Made by a program: the position numbers and the translations under genes. A model generated the notes under the pieces. It saw only the letters and a list, made by a program, of their open reading frames with translations. It was not told the origin of the DNA and searched no databases. DNA of 64,000 nt. It comes from Lama guanicoe. Lineage: Eukaryota. Positions 27,985 to 40,780 of this stretch are shown piece after piece (the first letter of the stretch is position 1; every line of letters begins with the position of its first letter). Location of the stretch: positions 4,241,371 to 4,305,370 of the forward strand of contig MU054338.1 of the NCBI GenBank assembly GCA_013239625.1, read 5' to 3'.

Positions 27985-29045
27985 CAGACAGGTGTGCTCA
28001 AACAGGTGTGTCTCAGACAGACGAGCCTCTTACAGAGGGTCCCCTCCCAGATGTTTTCATTCACAGGTGGTCCTTGCAGGTGCCCTACAATATGAGAGAT
28101 ACAGATATTTTCCCACGGAGAAGCCCCAAACAAGTGTTTTTTCACAAATACATCCCTGATAGGTGGACCTCAATACACACGCGCCCCCATGTGCTTCGAT
28201 GTGAGTGCCTCATGCAGGTGTTCTGAGGTTTTCCTCTCATTTGAGCTCAGTTTTATGCAGATGTTCCTCATACAAGGTTGTTTCCTTCACCTCACAGATA
28301 TATTTCTCAACAGGTGTTTCCTCACCCAGGAATGCGTTATACAGCCTTCCGCACCACAGGTGTGTTCCATTTAAGTATTCACCCATTTGGGTCTGTCTCC
28401 TTATAACTGGGTCCCCCCAAGTGTACTTCACTGCAAGAGTGTCGGTCTCATACAAGTGTGTCCAGTGCCTTTCCATACAGGAATTCCTCATGCAAGTGTT
28501 GTTCATTTCATAGGTGAGCCTTGCAGATGCGATTCAAAAACAGATGTACCCTCCACCAAACCGCCTCAGCCAGGCGTGTGTTATATTGCAGGTGTGTTCT
28601 ATACAGCTGTTCCACACAGGTATGTTTCTATTTCAGCTATACTCCAAACAGATGTGATTCAAAGCCGATGTCTCCCATAGGTGTTCTCACACATCCGTGC
28701 AGATGCCTTTTATACACGTTTGCTCGCATGCAGGTGTGCCCTACACAAGTGTTTTTCATTTGAGGCTCCCCATCCCGGTCTGCCTCAGACAGGAGTGCCT
28801 CCTAAACCGGTGTCTCCATGCCCCGTGTGTCCCCACACCTGTCCGATCCAACAGGCATGCTCTCAATACAGATGGGAGGCACGTTTTACACCTGCGCGCT
28901 TCCGCCCGTTTTTAATCCTCTGCATTACAGGATTGGGTTCTCGTTACAGGTGCGTTCGCGGCGCGGCCCCGCCTCCCGTTGGCCCCGCCTTCTCATCTAG
29001 GCTCAGGTGCACAAGCCGGAAGTGTGCTCCCCTCCCAGGTGAGTG
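27985..29045. promoter_or_regulatory. Degenerate ACAGGTGTG repeat / E-box array upstream of CRB3
   Basis: About 14 CAGGTG/CACCTG hexamers plus many CAGATG/CAAGTG variants. Ends at a GC box, an ETS motif (CCGGAAGT) and CACGTG at the CRB3 CpG island. Confidence 0.6.
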
Positions 29046-29500
29046 ACTAAACTTTCCGGGTCACGTGAGCGGGCGGAGCTGGAAGAGTCCCACCGAGCTA
29101 CTGACCGAGGCACCGAAGGTTCGGGCGAAGGACCGGGACCGGGACTCAGCGAGATCGGAGACGCCTGGGCCAGGTAGGGAGGGAGGTCACACGGCTGGGC
29201 CTGCTGCCCCTCCCCCTCCCCCTTCCCCGACCCTTCCCCCCTCCCAGGAACGCGCCGCCCCAAGTTAATCTTTAATCTCTGACCTCTGGCGGCGGGGGCG
29301 GGGCGGGACTCCCGGGTGCCCGGCGCAGGTCGCCCCTCCCCTGGGCCTGCTCCCGGGTCCAGCCCCCTCCCCCACGTCCCGGCCTTTCTCCTTCTCCTGC
29401 CCCCAGGTGCCGGGTCGAAGGTATCCCCGGCTGGAGATGCGGTAGGAGCGGCGCGCTCGAGAAGCCCTGTCCCCAGTGCCACCAGCTCGTCGCCCGGCTC

Positions 29501-31044
29501 ATGGCGAGTCCTGGCCTGGGGCTGCTCCTGGCGCTCGGCCTGCCGCTGCTGCTGGCCCGCTGGGGCCGGGTCTGGGGGCAAAGTAGGTACCGGCCGGGGC
29601 GCTGGGGGTCGGAGCTTAGAAGCACTGGGTGCCTGGGACACTGAGGTCAAGAACCCAGGAGTGGGCATGGGCTGCCCGAGGGCAGGAGTCTACAGGATCT
29701 GGGCTGGGGAGTTAGAATTTCTGAGCTCTTCTTTGGATGATCCAAGTCTAGGAGAATTCCTGAGTTGGGTGGCATTGTGAGCTGCAGAGAGAGGAGGCCT
29801 GCAGTGCCTGAATCTCAGTATGGTTGAGGAGTTTTGGGGAGCTGGGAGCCAGGAGGAGGCCTGCCTGGGGCTCCAAGCCCAGGCTGACCAGGCTGGCCAT
29901 AGGTGTGGACTCAGCCTTTCAGCCTTGTATTCCAGTTTCGAGAGCCTGGGGGGAGGTGTGACTCAGATACTCTAGGGAAATACTGGATCCGCCCAGATCC
30001 TTAAGGGCAGAGGGAGGGCCAGAGAGGTGAGGCTGGGGGTGGGAGGAGGGTTGAGCTTCCGGATACCGTCCATGCATCCATTATAACAGCCCCCAACCCT
30101 GCAACAACTCTGTGCCAACTGCTAACTCCCTGGCCAGAGTAGCAAAACCTTGGCCAGCCCCTGCGTGGAGGGCACCGACAGAATGGAAGACTTGGAAGGG
30201 TGGAGTGCTAATGCGGGGGGTTTGCCCAAGGAAGAAGCAGATATGTCGAAATGAGAAAGGTAGATGGGGATTCATTTATCTTCTCTCCCCTCTGCCCGCC
30301 CCCACTGTTCCCACAGCACCGGACCCCCATGTAAGTGGGAACAGTACCATTTCGCCCTCTGGCCCCAGTTCCGGCGCCAATGGGGCCCTGGTGAGTTGGG
30401 GTATATGTGGGAGGAGGGTAGCAGGGATGTTGTTTGGGAGTCCCACATGTAGGAGGAGTGGGATGGGCCAGACTCTCAGAGGTGGCAGGTAGGGTTGGGG
30501 GGGCAGGCGTAGGAGAGACCAGGATAGCAACTCACAAATGGGGAGACCAAGAACCCCAGGAAGGGGGTGGCAGGAAAACCATGCATGGCAAGTGTAGGGG
30601 ATCAGGAGCCCCATATGTGCCTCAGGCTGGGGGAAGGGGGAGCTAGGAGCCCGGAAGTGGCAGGTGGGGGAGCCTGGGAGCCCCAGATATGCTGGACGGG
30701 GATCCTGGTTGGAGGAACCGAATTACTGAAAGTGGCAGGTGTGCAGAGAAGGGGATTAGGATCCCCAGGTGCTTCTCAGGTGGGGATGGACAGGTTCCCC
30801 AGGTCTGAGTGGGTCACACCAGTCCCCTTTCCTGCAGTCCCAGGAGGCCACCACTGCCATCATCGTGGTCTTCTCCCTCCTGGCTGCCCTACTCCTGGCC
30901 GTGGGCCTGGTACTGCTGGTACGGAAGCTTCGGGAGAAACGGCAGACGGAGGGCACCTACCGGCCCAGCAGTGAGGAGCAGGTGGGTGCCCGAGCTCCAC
31001 CACCCCCCAACCTCAAGCTGCCGCCTGAGGAGCGGCTCATCTGA
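29501..31044 (+). CDS. CRB3: Crumbs cell polarity complex component 3, isoform A (ERLI), 120 aa
   Basis: Coding exons 29501-29582 (signal peptide MASPGLGLLLALGLPLLLARWG), 30317-30390 and 30838-31044 (TM AIIVVFSLLAALLLAVGLVLL, FERM-binding GTYRPSSEE, PDZ motif ERLI). Total 363 nt. Confidence 0.96.
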
Positions 31045-31332
31045 ATGCTGGGGCTGGCTGCAGCCACCACCACTGCCCAGGACTGCCCGGCGCTCGCTCA
31101 CACTCGGCCACCGCCACCGAGACACCAGCCTCTGATGATTCAGGAGGACTTGGGGGCGGCTGCGGGGCACCTGCTGGGCGGGCCCCACGAAGCATGCCGC
31201 CTCTGCTTGATTCCGCCTGCAGTTGGGGTGCCGGGGCTGGGGACCCACCTCCCCGCTTGCTGCATCATCTTGGCTAGGCCATCTGTCCCCCTGCCATCAA
31301 GGCCCGACCACCCCCCTCTCCTTTCCTTTCAG

Positions 31333-31404
31333 TTCTCCCATGCAGCTGAGGCCCGGGCTCCCCAGGACTCCAAGGAGACAGTGCGGGGCTGCCTGCCCAT
31401 CTAG
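31333..31404 (+). CDS. CRB3: CRB3 isoform B alternative terminal exon (CLPI)
   Basis: Internal donor CAG|GTGGGT at 30981/30982 joins acceptor ctttcctttcag|TTC at 31333, giving FSHAAEARAPQDSKETVRGCLPI*. Confidence 0.88.
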   Translation, partial: FSHAAEARAPQDSKETVRGCLPI

Positions 31405-31836
31405 GTTCCCTTCCTCTATCCAGCACCCTTCCTGGCTGTGTGAACTTGAGGGGAAGCAGAGCCCTCTCTGGGAAGCCAAACCCACCCAGTGCTTAGGACT
31501 AGGAGGGAAGAAGATGCTTCAGAGACTTTGCCCTTGAGGACAAGGGAGGGCAAGGCTGCTCACTTGTGCGGTGTTATAAACCTTTTCGTGAGCTGGTGGG
31601 GGCAGGGACTAGCCTAGGTGGAGGAGACACATGCAGGGCTTGTAGGCTGTTGAGAGATGAATTGTAAAGTCTCTTAGGGGCTGGGAGGGCTTCCTGGAAG
31701 GGAGGGGCTTTTAGCTGCACCTAGGAGCTAGCTGGAGGCTGCCTTGTGGAGGGAAGGCTGTGGATGGCGGTAGGTTTCCGAACAGAGGGTTCCCAGATAA
31801 ACCCACCAGGAAAAACCAGCTTTTTGGTTCTGCAGC

Positions 31837-31842
31837 TTTATT
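31837..31842 (-). terminator. Poly(A) signal AATAAA of DENND1C
   Basis: tttatt on the + strand, 34 nt beyond the DENND1C stop codon. Confidence 0.7.
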
Positions 31843-31875
31843 GAGGGACTGGAGTCTCCTCCATACCCCTGATCC

Positions 31876-34800
31876 TTAACCTTCAAAACACTTTTTAAGC
31901 TCAGCGACTGTGGGCCGGTTCCTGGCCTGGGACTCCTGACAGTTGTGAGCAGGTGCAGTGGGGGACATGGGGGCTCCGGGCTCTTCATGGGGCTGGAGGG
32001 GAGCAGACTGTGCTAGCAGGCCCTCGGAAGGCTGGGCTCTGGGGTTCTCTGTGGCACCAGGATCTGAGAAAGAATCAAGGGGTTGGGATGTCCAGGTAAT
32101 TTCCAGATTTGGGTTCATGGGGACCAGAAGCTGGGGGCTTTCTGGAGGGCTGGGCAGGGTGGGTACTGCGGAGAGCTGGGAGCAAGGGGTCTCCTGAGCT
32201 GTGGGGTCTTTAGTTGCCCAGTGGGGAGGGGAGAGATGTAGGATTAGAGAGTGGGGCTCCATGAGAGAGTATTGGGGGTCCCCTTGGCTGCCTGGGTCTG
32301 CAGAAGTTGTTGAAGACTGGGATGGAGAAATGACATCTTGGCTGGCCTCTGAGGGCAGCTGGGAAGTGGGGTGATTTGAGGCGCTTGTGGCATCCGAAGG
32401 CTGGGGGCGTTGCAGAGATGGCAGGCTGACAGGCAGGGACAGGGGCTGGGAGTCTGGCAGTTTCTCATCGTCTGCTTGCCATCTTGGTCTTCCTGATATG
32501 TCGGGCTGTGTGGAGACGGGGAGAGGGGCAAGTTGCTAGCCTTTAGAGGAAGGAGGGGCTGGAAGTCGGATATCCCCCCTAGTAAGGACTAGGGGGCGCT
32601 CACCAGGCTGAAACAGCTGTCCAGGTCCCCTCTGTGGCAGCAGTCTAAACTCTGGCTGGGCCGCAGGCTGCTGGTCCTCGTGGCTCTCGTGCTCAGACTG
32701 TCCAGAATCTCGCTCAGCAAATCCAGTTCTTCTCCGGACCCCAGGAAGCTGCCATCCAGAGCCTCCTCTGCCCACGGATCCTGGGCATCCTTAGGGCTCA
32801 GAGTGGGTGTCCTGGGTGAAGATGGGCAGCCTCAGATATCTGCCCCAGACTGGCCGCTCTGAAGGGTCTGGAGGTTGGGGCCATCCTCCTGATCAGTCCT
32901 GGATCTCATTTCCAGCATCGCACCCTCTTCTTGCCTTTGAGCCTTACCCCTCCCTCAGGGACTCAGGAGGCTTCTCTTCTAGCTGGAGTCTCCTGCTGGG
33001 GCGAAGGGGCCGGTTCTGCAAAGGACAGATTGAGTGGGATGGGGCCTCAGGAATGTGTGTGCAGGAGAGTAAGTATGAAGTGGGCACCAATTTGTGGGGT
33101 AGGCGAAATGTCTGAATGGAGACTGGGGATGGGAAGAGGACTTGGTGATAGATCCAGGTGTGCACATTGGGGGTGGGGGCCTTCTCACCTGTCCAAAGTG
33201 CTGGGTGATAGGCAGGCGCTGCTGCAGGCGGTCTGAGCGGCTGGTGAGGGAAGGGGCCCTCAGGGAGCCCCCCCTCTGCAGACCAGAGTCCCCATCCTAG
33301 GAAGAGGGTGGGTGAGCCAGGACCCCCTTCCCCCACGGCCCCCTGGCATTGGCCACTGGCTTTACCTTGTACATCAGAAGGCTCTGCACACCCTTCAAGC
33401 CACTCTTCGCCTACGGAGGAGCCAAAAGAGAATTAGACTTGAGTGATTTGACCCTGGACGTTTGAGAACTCAGCCCTCCATCCCCGAGGAGAGCTTCGTC
33501 TTGTTATCTGCTCATGTGTCTCAAAATATATTCAGATCCCCCATGTACCACCTAAGAAGTCAGTACAAGCTTGCCCCGTTGCTTAATACAAGAGGAATAT
33601 TTCTGGAGGAAATAACCCCCAAAGGAAATGGGGAGTGGCAAAAACAGAATGTCGTAAAAATGTGTCAGTGTTCAAAAGTCAAGCAAAGAATAAAATTGAA
33701 TGGACAATTTGGAGCTACACGAGTTGGTCCTGGGAAACTTTGGGGCTTGGGAGGAAATATATACAACACAAGGGCAGAAGCTGGGGTTATGTCTGAGAAG
33801 GACAAAAGATGTTTGCCAAAGAATCTTGGTGGTCAATTTTAAATAGAAAAGAAATGATCTGACAGAAATGAATGAACATGGTAAATGGAAAATAAAATTA
33901 GGAGACATTGTAACTGGTTTAACTGCTGGTTCAGTTCTGATAAAGTTTGCGTTTTACTGTTCGTTTGTTTGTTTGTTTGTTTGAGGGGGTAGTAATTAGG
34001 TTTACTTATTCATTTGTTCTTGGAGGAGGTAGTGGGGATTGAACCCAGGACCTCCTGATGCTAAGCATCCAGTCTATCACTTGAGCTATACCCTCTTCCT
34101 CCAAGTTTGCACTTTAAACTTGGAATTAAAATGTCTTCTGCTTCTGTCACCCCAGGAAAGTGTCCTGTCCAGCCCAGCCTCACCGAGCGGTACATGTTTC
34201 TGACGGCTGGTTGGGTCTTGGCCTTGACGGAATGCAGGAGGGCACCACCACCTTTCTGGGGAGAGAAAGTCAGGGGAGAGAAATTCAGGGAGAGAGGCTT
34301 GGGTATGGTGGGGGCGGGGGAGCTGTTATCCCATACCCCACCTGCACACCCAGGCTGTGTGGTGCTGGACAAGCCCCTCTCCCTCTCTGAGCCTTGATTT
34401 ATTCACCTCTGTCTATAAATGGCATAGTGGGGACTGTTGCGGGATTACATTAATCCAGTAATAAACACTAAAGTGTTCACTGTTACTACCTTGAGGTTGT
34501 CTGCCCAGAGCTGGTAGGAGCGAAGGGCGCCTGGAGTTAGAAGAGAGTGTGGTCATGGCAGGCAGGCTCAGGCTGGGCCGCTGGTGGGGTGGGGGCTCCT
34601 GGACAAGGTGCAGAGCTCACCTGACGTGGCCCCGCTGCTGGTGATCTCCTGCTCAAAGAGGTCTGAGAAGCCTTCTCCCTTGTTAAGCTTCTCCAGTCGG
34701 CCTTCGATGAACTGCAGGTGGGGAAAATGGTCAGAAAGTCTGAATTTGAGGACCAAGGATCCGCTCACCCTCCAGACAGAAGCTATCCTTGCCCTCCCCG

Positions 34801-37800
34801 GGGACCCAATCCTGGGACCCAGGAGTCTGGAGCCCAGCTCAGGAAGCCAGAGGTCCATTCTCTCCCTGTCCCGCCCTGCCCCCCAAGTCAGCATCTGTCT
34901 TCAGGGACCAGACCCCGGCCCTTACAGGAGCGGGAAGGTAGGACTGTGCCCCTCCAGATAGGCCCACCTCCTCTCAGTGACCCGGAAGAGGTCGACTCCA
35001 CCTTCAGGGACCCTAGAAGCCAGCCCTCACCGAAGGACCCCAGAGTTCATCCCACTTTCCCCCAAGAACCCAAGAGTCCGGCTCCACTTTCCCCCAACGT
35101 CCCTAGGACCCAAGAGTCCAGCCTGCTTCTCTTCCCCACAAAAGGAGTCTGACAGGGATCTGCACTCTCGACCCACGAGGCTCCAGCTTAAGGGATGCAA
35201 TAATTTGATTCCATCCCAATCATCTAAGGGACCTAGAAGTAGATCTTGTTCTTAGGAACTGAGGTCAGGGGCTCCCTTCTTTAGGAAACCAAGAATTCAG
35301 TCCTGCCTTTGCTACCGTGAGGCCCTGGAGCTGGGGAGATCCGGCAGAGCCAATTCTAGCCCCGCCCATTGGGCCCAGGCACCCTCCCATTGGACCCAGG
35401 AGTCCGCCCCTCTAGCTCCAGCTCCGCCCACAGGGAACCTGGCGTTGGCGCCCGTAGCCCCGCCCCTCCTGCCCCAGCCCCGCCCTCAGGGCTCGGGCGC
35501 ACCTGTTTGAAGAGCTGCAGGTGCACAGCTCGGCGGTGGAAGGCCTGCAGGGGCGCCCCGGGTTTTTGCGCCAGGAAGGCTTCTTCATTGAAGGTCACAG
35601 GTTGGCCCTGGAAGAAGGACCGGGTTCTAAGCTCCCCGCGGCTCCCCTGGATCCCGTATTCTGTCTTCCTTATTCTACCATACACCTATGTAGCAAACGT
35701 TGATAGAGAGCCTCTGTGCGCCTGGTCTCGTGCAGGGCCTCATGCGCTGCAGGGAGGACTTGGGTGGGAGCCCTGGGAAGGCTGTGGGCAGAGGCGGACT
35801 GAGCCTGACTCAGATACTCCCAGGTGACCTCTGGCTGCTGCGGGAGGACAGACTATGGAGCGTAAGGGCGGGAGCCCGCGAGAGGGGACTCATGGTGGTG
35901 GAGGGGCTCTCTGGTCCAGGCGAGCATCAGTGGGGACCAGGACAGGGTGGAGACAGAGGAAGGGGAGAAATAGGCAGCTTCTGGATGTGTTCTAAGGGCA
36001 GAGCCGACAGGAACATCAGACTGTCCAACGATAGACTCTCCCGACCACATTTTTATAGAATAGCAGTGAAAACCTCGGGGGTAGGGCGTGGTCAGGGTTG
36101 AAAGTTACTGGATCAAAGTTCTGACTTCAACACTCACCCGCTGTGGGGCTGGCCTCAGCTTTGGTTTCCTCATGTATAAAATGGAACTGTAAGAGTCTCT
36201 GTCTCATAAGGTTGTTGCGAGCATTAAATGAGATAATAATAGCAACGGTGGAATCTAGCATTTACCCAGTGCTCGCGACGTGCCAGGCACTACCATGCTC
36301 ATTCATGGACTCACACCACCCTTTTGGGTGGGTACTATTAGGATCCCATTTTATAGATAAGCAAACGGAGGCACAGAGTCAGCACCCCATAAACGCTAGG
36401 TGTCATTATTATTCTGAATCCTTCAGGGGCCCACGGGGCTTCTCCCTCCATGTCCCCACTGCTCACCGGGCTGCAGACGAGCGCATCACGGTATCCCCCG
36501 AAGAGCAGGGCCTGGGCTTTGAGGAAGAGACGTGACACCCCTTCCCCGGGGGCCAGCGCGACTTTCCTTAGCCGCAGCCTCAGCAGGGACACCTGGAGGA
36601 CAAGACGGGCAGCGCTGAGCAGGTGGGTGTGGACTCTCGCCTCCCAGACGCGGCAGGAGGGTGGAAGGGGGTGACGCTGACCACTTCTGGGGGCAGCTCC
36701 TGCACGTCGTCGAAGGGTGTCTCCAGGGTATTGGAGTCCACGTTCATCATCACGACGTCTTCCAGGGCTTTCTCCCGCACTCTCTGCATTGGGGAGTCGG
36801 AGGGGGATGGCTGCTCGGAGCCCGGGATCCTTGGCCGGGGAGGGTAACTGGGGAGGCAGAGGGAGGGGGAACCCCACCCGCCCCTGCAGTCCAGGTCTGC
36901 TCCCGCTCACCTCGGCGAGACTGGCGTGCACTCCGATGAGGTAGGGCATGGGCGCGCTGCGGAGACCGAGGGGGCTGGTCATGCAGGCGCCGCCCCCAGG
37001 CCCCTAGGACCCCAGGCCTCTTCCCCAAGCCCTGTCTCTCCCCAGCTCCCGGCCCTCACCAGCAGTAGTCCAGCAGATGCGGCGGCAGCGTGGGGATCAG
37101 CACGTGCTCCCAGTGCATGGGATGCAGGAGGGCGCAGGACGCGTGGACGCACGATGTCAGCTGGGGTCGGGTGGGGGGCCGTGGAGTCAGGACCTGGATC
37201 CCAGCTTCAAGGACCCTCTCTGGGACGGTGGCTCTCCTGGCTTCATTCCCCACGTCCCCAGTCTCCTATCTCCATCCGCCCCCATTTACCACCCGCTAGT
37301 GGATAGGTAAAAAACTCAAACCCCTTTCAGGTGAAGACCAAGAATTCCGCAAATTGTGGTGCTTAGGACTGGTGGAGCCAGGACTCAGCTTGTACCAGTC
37401 CCTCTCTCTAGGGGGCGAAGCTAATAATTCAACCCTCGGGACTGTCTCTCCTTAGAGTTAGGGCAGTGATTCAGCCCACTGACCCCACCCTGAAAGTCGA
37501 AGTAGGACTGAGCCCGCCCTGGTCCCGCCTCTAGGGGTGGAGCAACTACTCAGCTCCATTGACCCCACCCCAAAGAGGCGGAGCTAGAATTGAGTTCCCT
37601 CCTGGGCCGCATCCCTAGGCGTGGAGCCAGCATTCAGCCTCCTCCCCTACGCCCGTCCTTCCCCCTAGGAGCGGAGCTAGAATTTAGCCCTCCAGAGCTG
37701 GGCCTCAAAATGGGCGGAGTCAGTCTTGTTCCGGCCCATAGTGGATGGAGTCTGGACTCAGCACTCCCCAAGAAGAGAGGGTACCTCGCAACCCCCTCTG

Positions 37801-40528
37801 ATTCTGCCTTCAAAGTGGAGACAGGGTTCAATTCAACCCTGACCTTCAAAGGGGCAGAGCCAGGGCTTTGCCCTCGGATCTGGCCTGGTAGGGTTAGAGC
37901 TTGGAATCCACTCCGTTTGTCCCGCCCCCAGGGGCGAAGCCAGGCCTCGGCCCCACCCCGGCCCGGCGGCCCCGCCTCACGGTGCTCAGCTTGCTGGAGA
38001 TGAGCAAGATCCTTCGCTCGGCCAGTAGCGCGGCGAACAGCCCCACGATGTTCTCGTCGGTCACCGCCACCACCAGCTCCGTTAGGTTCCTCTGAAGAGC
38101 AGAGGGGAAAGCTGGACGCGAGGGACCGCAGGATCTGACGGCCCCCGCTGGGTTTCGGGACCACTTCCCGCCTCCAGACTCCCTCCCAGGCCTCTACTCA
38201 CGTTCTCAGGAATGGATGGCAGGCGGCCAGAGTCGGGGGCCACAAAGCAGGAAAGCTGGTGGGGGATTGGCAGGGGGGATGGATCAGTCAGGGGGTTGGC
38301 CTCATCTGGGTACCCAACCTTCCAGAGCCCCCAGCTCTGCTTACCGGCAGGCTCTTCCCTGGGGCGGGGGGCAGGACGCCCTGTGCGTTGGAGATTGTCC
38401 CTCCGCTGCCCTGGGGGAGAGGGGTAGTGTGTGGTCCTCGGGGCTGGGGTGAAGCCTTTCCATCCACCTGAGGTCCGATGCCCAGGAGAGAGGGGCTACT
38501 CACCAGCTCCAGCCCCAGTGAGTCCTGGGTCCCAGGAAGCGGCTGCTGCAGCAGATTTAGAAGAAGTTCCTCGACCTCTGAGACCTGGGTAGGGAAGGGG
38601 TGTCTGAGCCAGAAAGTGGGTTGGGGACTCTGAGGGCCTTGACTCAGGCTGGGTGGCCTGGGAGGGGCCAAGGAGCCCAGGTGAGGCCTGGGAGTTCTGA
38701 GCCAGGCTGGGGGCTTGGCGGGGAGGGGGCTGGGGCCCCGTGGGAACGGTGGAGGGGCCGGTCTCACTTGGTCCTGGGCCAGGAGGTCCCCCACTGTGTT
38801 CAGCAGCTTGTAGAACACCTCGAACCAAGGCAGGTGGCTGCGGAGAGGGGGCACAGGTTCCCTGAAGTGTCCTTAGGCAGAGGCCCTTCCTGTTCTCAGA
38901 CCCCAGGCCCTCGTGTCCCCCACCTGAGGATGCAGAGACAGCTGTGGGCACCAGCCCGTAGGCGGCAGAAGCCAAATCTCCGGGTGCCGGTCAGGTCCGT
39001 GAGGGCGAAAGTGAAATGCTGCACAGCGGTGCTGGGGGGCTCCCTGGGGGTAGGAAGGAGCCTCAGAGAGACCTGGGCATCCCACCCCCCTGACCCTCCC
39101 CCATGTCCCCAACAATGCTCCTAGTGCTGTCTGCACCAGTCTGGGGCCCTGCCCGGACAGGCTCCTGGTTGTCACGGACCCTGGATCCCTGAGCCCCTGG
39201 GTCCCATAGTCCCTGGGGAAATGAGTTCCTGTGTGTATAAGTCACTAGGTGCCAGGGTCCCCAGGTGTCTGAGTGTCTGAGTCCCTGGGTATCTGGGTCA
39301 CTGGGTCCCTGAGTCTCAGGGTCCCTGGGTATATGGTCACTGATGTCTGAGTCTCTGGGCATTTGAACCCTGGGCACCCACGAAAGGTCTGAATTCCTGG
39401 GTCCTTGGGTGTCTGTTCCCTTCCATACCTTTCCACATCAAAAGGGAAGCAGAATTTAGGCACCATCTGCAGAGCCTCCTGGGGATGGAGAGAAGCACTC
39501 ACTGCTTGACCACTCAGGTTGGCTCCCACCCCTGAGCTACCGCTGGTCCAAGACATAGGATCCCTTCCCCAGAGGGACAGGCCCTGGCCAGGGGGAAGCA
39601 AGGAGCCAGCCGGCATACCTGGTCTCTGAAGTCGTGGGGGAACTGTCGCAGGATAGGGGGATCTGCACAGAGAGCAGATTTCTAAATTCTGGGCCCCAGG
39701 CCCACCCTCCTTCTCCCCACTTCCCGCCAGCCCGCCATGCCCCTGACTCACCCTCCTGCAGGGAGGCAGGGTAGGCTGCTTCGAAGAACCAATCAAACAC
39801 GGCAGGGGGACCCCCTCTGTGTGGACAGGAAAGGGTTTAGTGGGTCCAGGGACTTGCTTCTGTGTCTGTGTGGGGTCTTCACGTCTGTGTGTGTGTGTGT
39901 GTCTGTGTGTGTTTGCAATTCTATTCCATGTCTGCCTGAAAGGATGAGACTGTCCAGGCTACGAATCAGGTAAGACTGTGAGTATGTGCAGTCATGCCAG
40001 TGTGCAGGTGAATAACATCCCCATTTTCTTGTGTGGCCATGCAGGTCGCTGGGTATCTGTGCAAACACCCTGTGGTCTTGAGAGAAAGAGATACTGCCTG
40101 TGTGTCTCTGTGTGCGAGACTTCGTGGGCCCTGGGGACTGACCCAGGTTTCTCATCAGAGGAAAGAGGGCGGCATGCCCTGGTACTTCTGTGAACCCTGC
40201 AGTCTCTGCCTCCCTCCCCCGTCCCCCGCCTCCATCCACCACGTAGAGGATGCTGGGACTGGGCTCAGGGAGAGAGACAGTGAGATCCAGAGGGTGACAG
40301 AGGAAGAAGATGGGGACTGACTACAGACACACTGTCCCTGACATGGGGACCCTCATCCCTTCATCCTCACGCTGACGCAAGACCCCCACAATCAATCACT
40401 CACACATATGGACACACAGAGTCCCCCCTCCACCCTGGGGACCCCCGGAAGCCAGGTTCCCCATCGCTCAGATACACCAAGAGGCACAGGATCAGGGTTA
40501 CAAACTTAGTCATACAGACCCTGGGGAG

Positions 40529-40565
<37 letters not shown>

Positions 40566-40780
40566 AAGGGCCAAGAGTAGCCTGAGTGTGCCTGAGAGCG
40601 GAGTCCGTGCTGTAGGCCAGCTGAGAGTCCTCCCTGCATCCAGCCACCTGCCCCTGTGGCTCACAGTCCCTCCCGGGCCTGCCCCAGCCTCGGTCCCGTT
40701 GGCCCCAACCCAGGCCTGCCTGGGAATCTTGGTCCAGAGGATGGGAGAAGGGGCAGCTCTTACTCGACTGTGGATCCCAT
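31876..40780 (-). CDS. DENND1C: DENN domain-containing protein 1C (connecdenn 3, Rab GEF), 23 exons, 806 aa
   Basis: Exons 40764-40780, 39752-39816, 39619-39662, 39429-39478, 38924-39043, 38768-38837, 38504-38584, 38345-38410, 38202-38255, 37981-38091, 37060-37160, 36911-36956, 36682-36783, 36467-36592, 35503-35607, 34621-34711, 34490-34530, 34184-34255, 33366-33410, 33189-33296, 32948-33015, 32604-32811, 31876-32505. Sum is 2421 nt, in frame. DENN motifs [36 protein letters not shown]-terminus [13 protein letters not shown]. Confidence 0.95.
33955..34100 (-). mobile_element. tRNA-derived SINE (camelid Vic-1-like), DENND1C intron 18
   Basis: Reverse complement reads GGGTATAGCTCAAGTG...GGTCCTGGGTTCAATCCCC...AAACCTAATTAC; aagtttgc on both flanks. 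Confidence 0.8.
40533..40560. repeat. (AG)n microsatellite, DENND1C intron 1
   Basis: Perfect AG dinucleotide run. Confidence 0.85.

Noticed and set aside
27894..29046. Cys/Val-rich ORFs or a CRISPR-like array between SLC25A23 and CRB3
   Set aside because: Eukaryotic context; units are degenerate with no identical repeats separated by unique spacers, and the ORFs are translations of the repeat.
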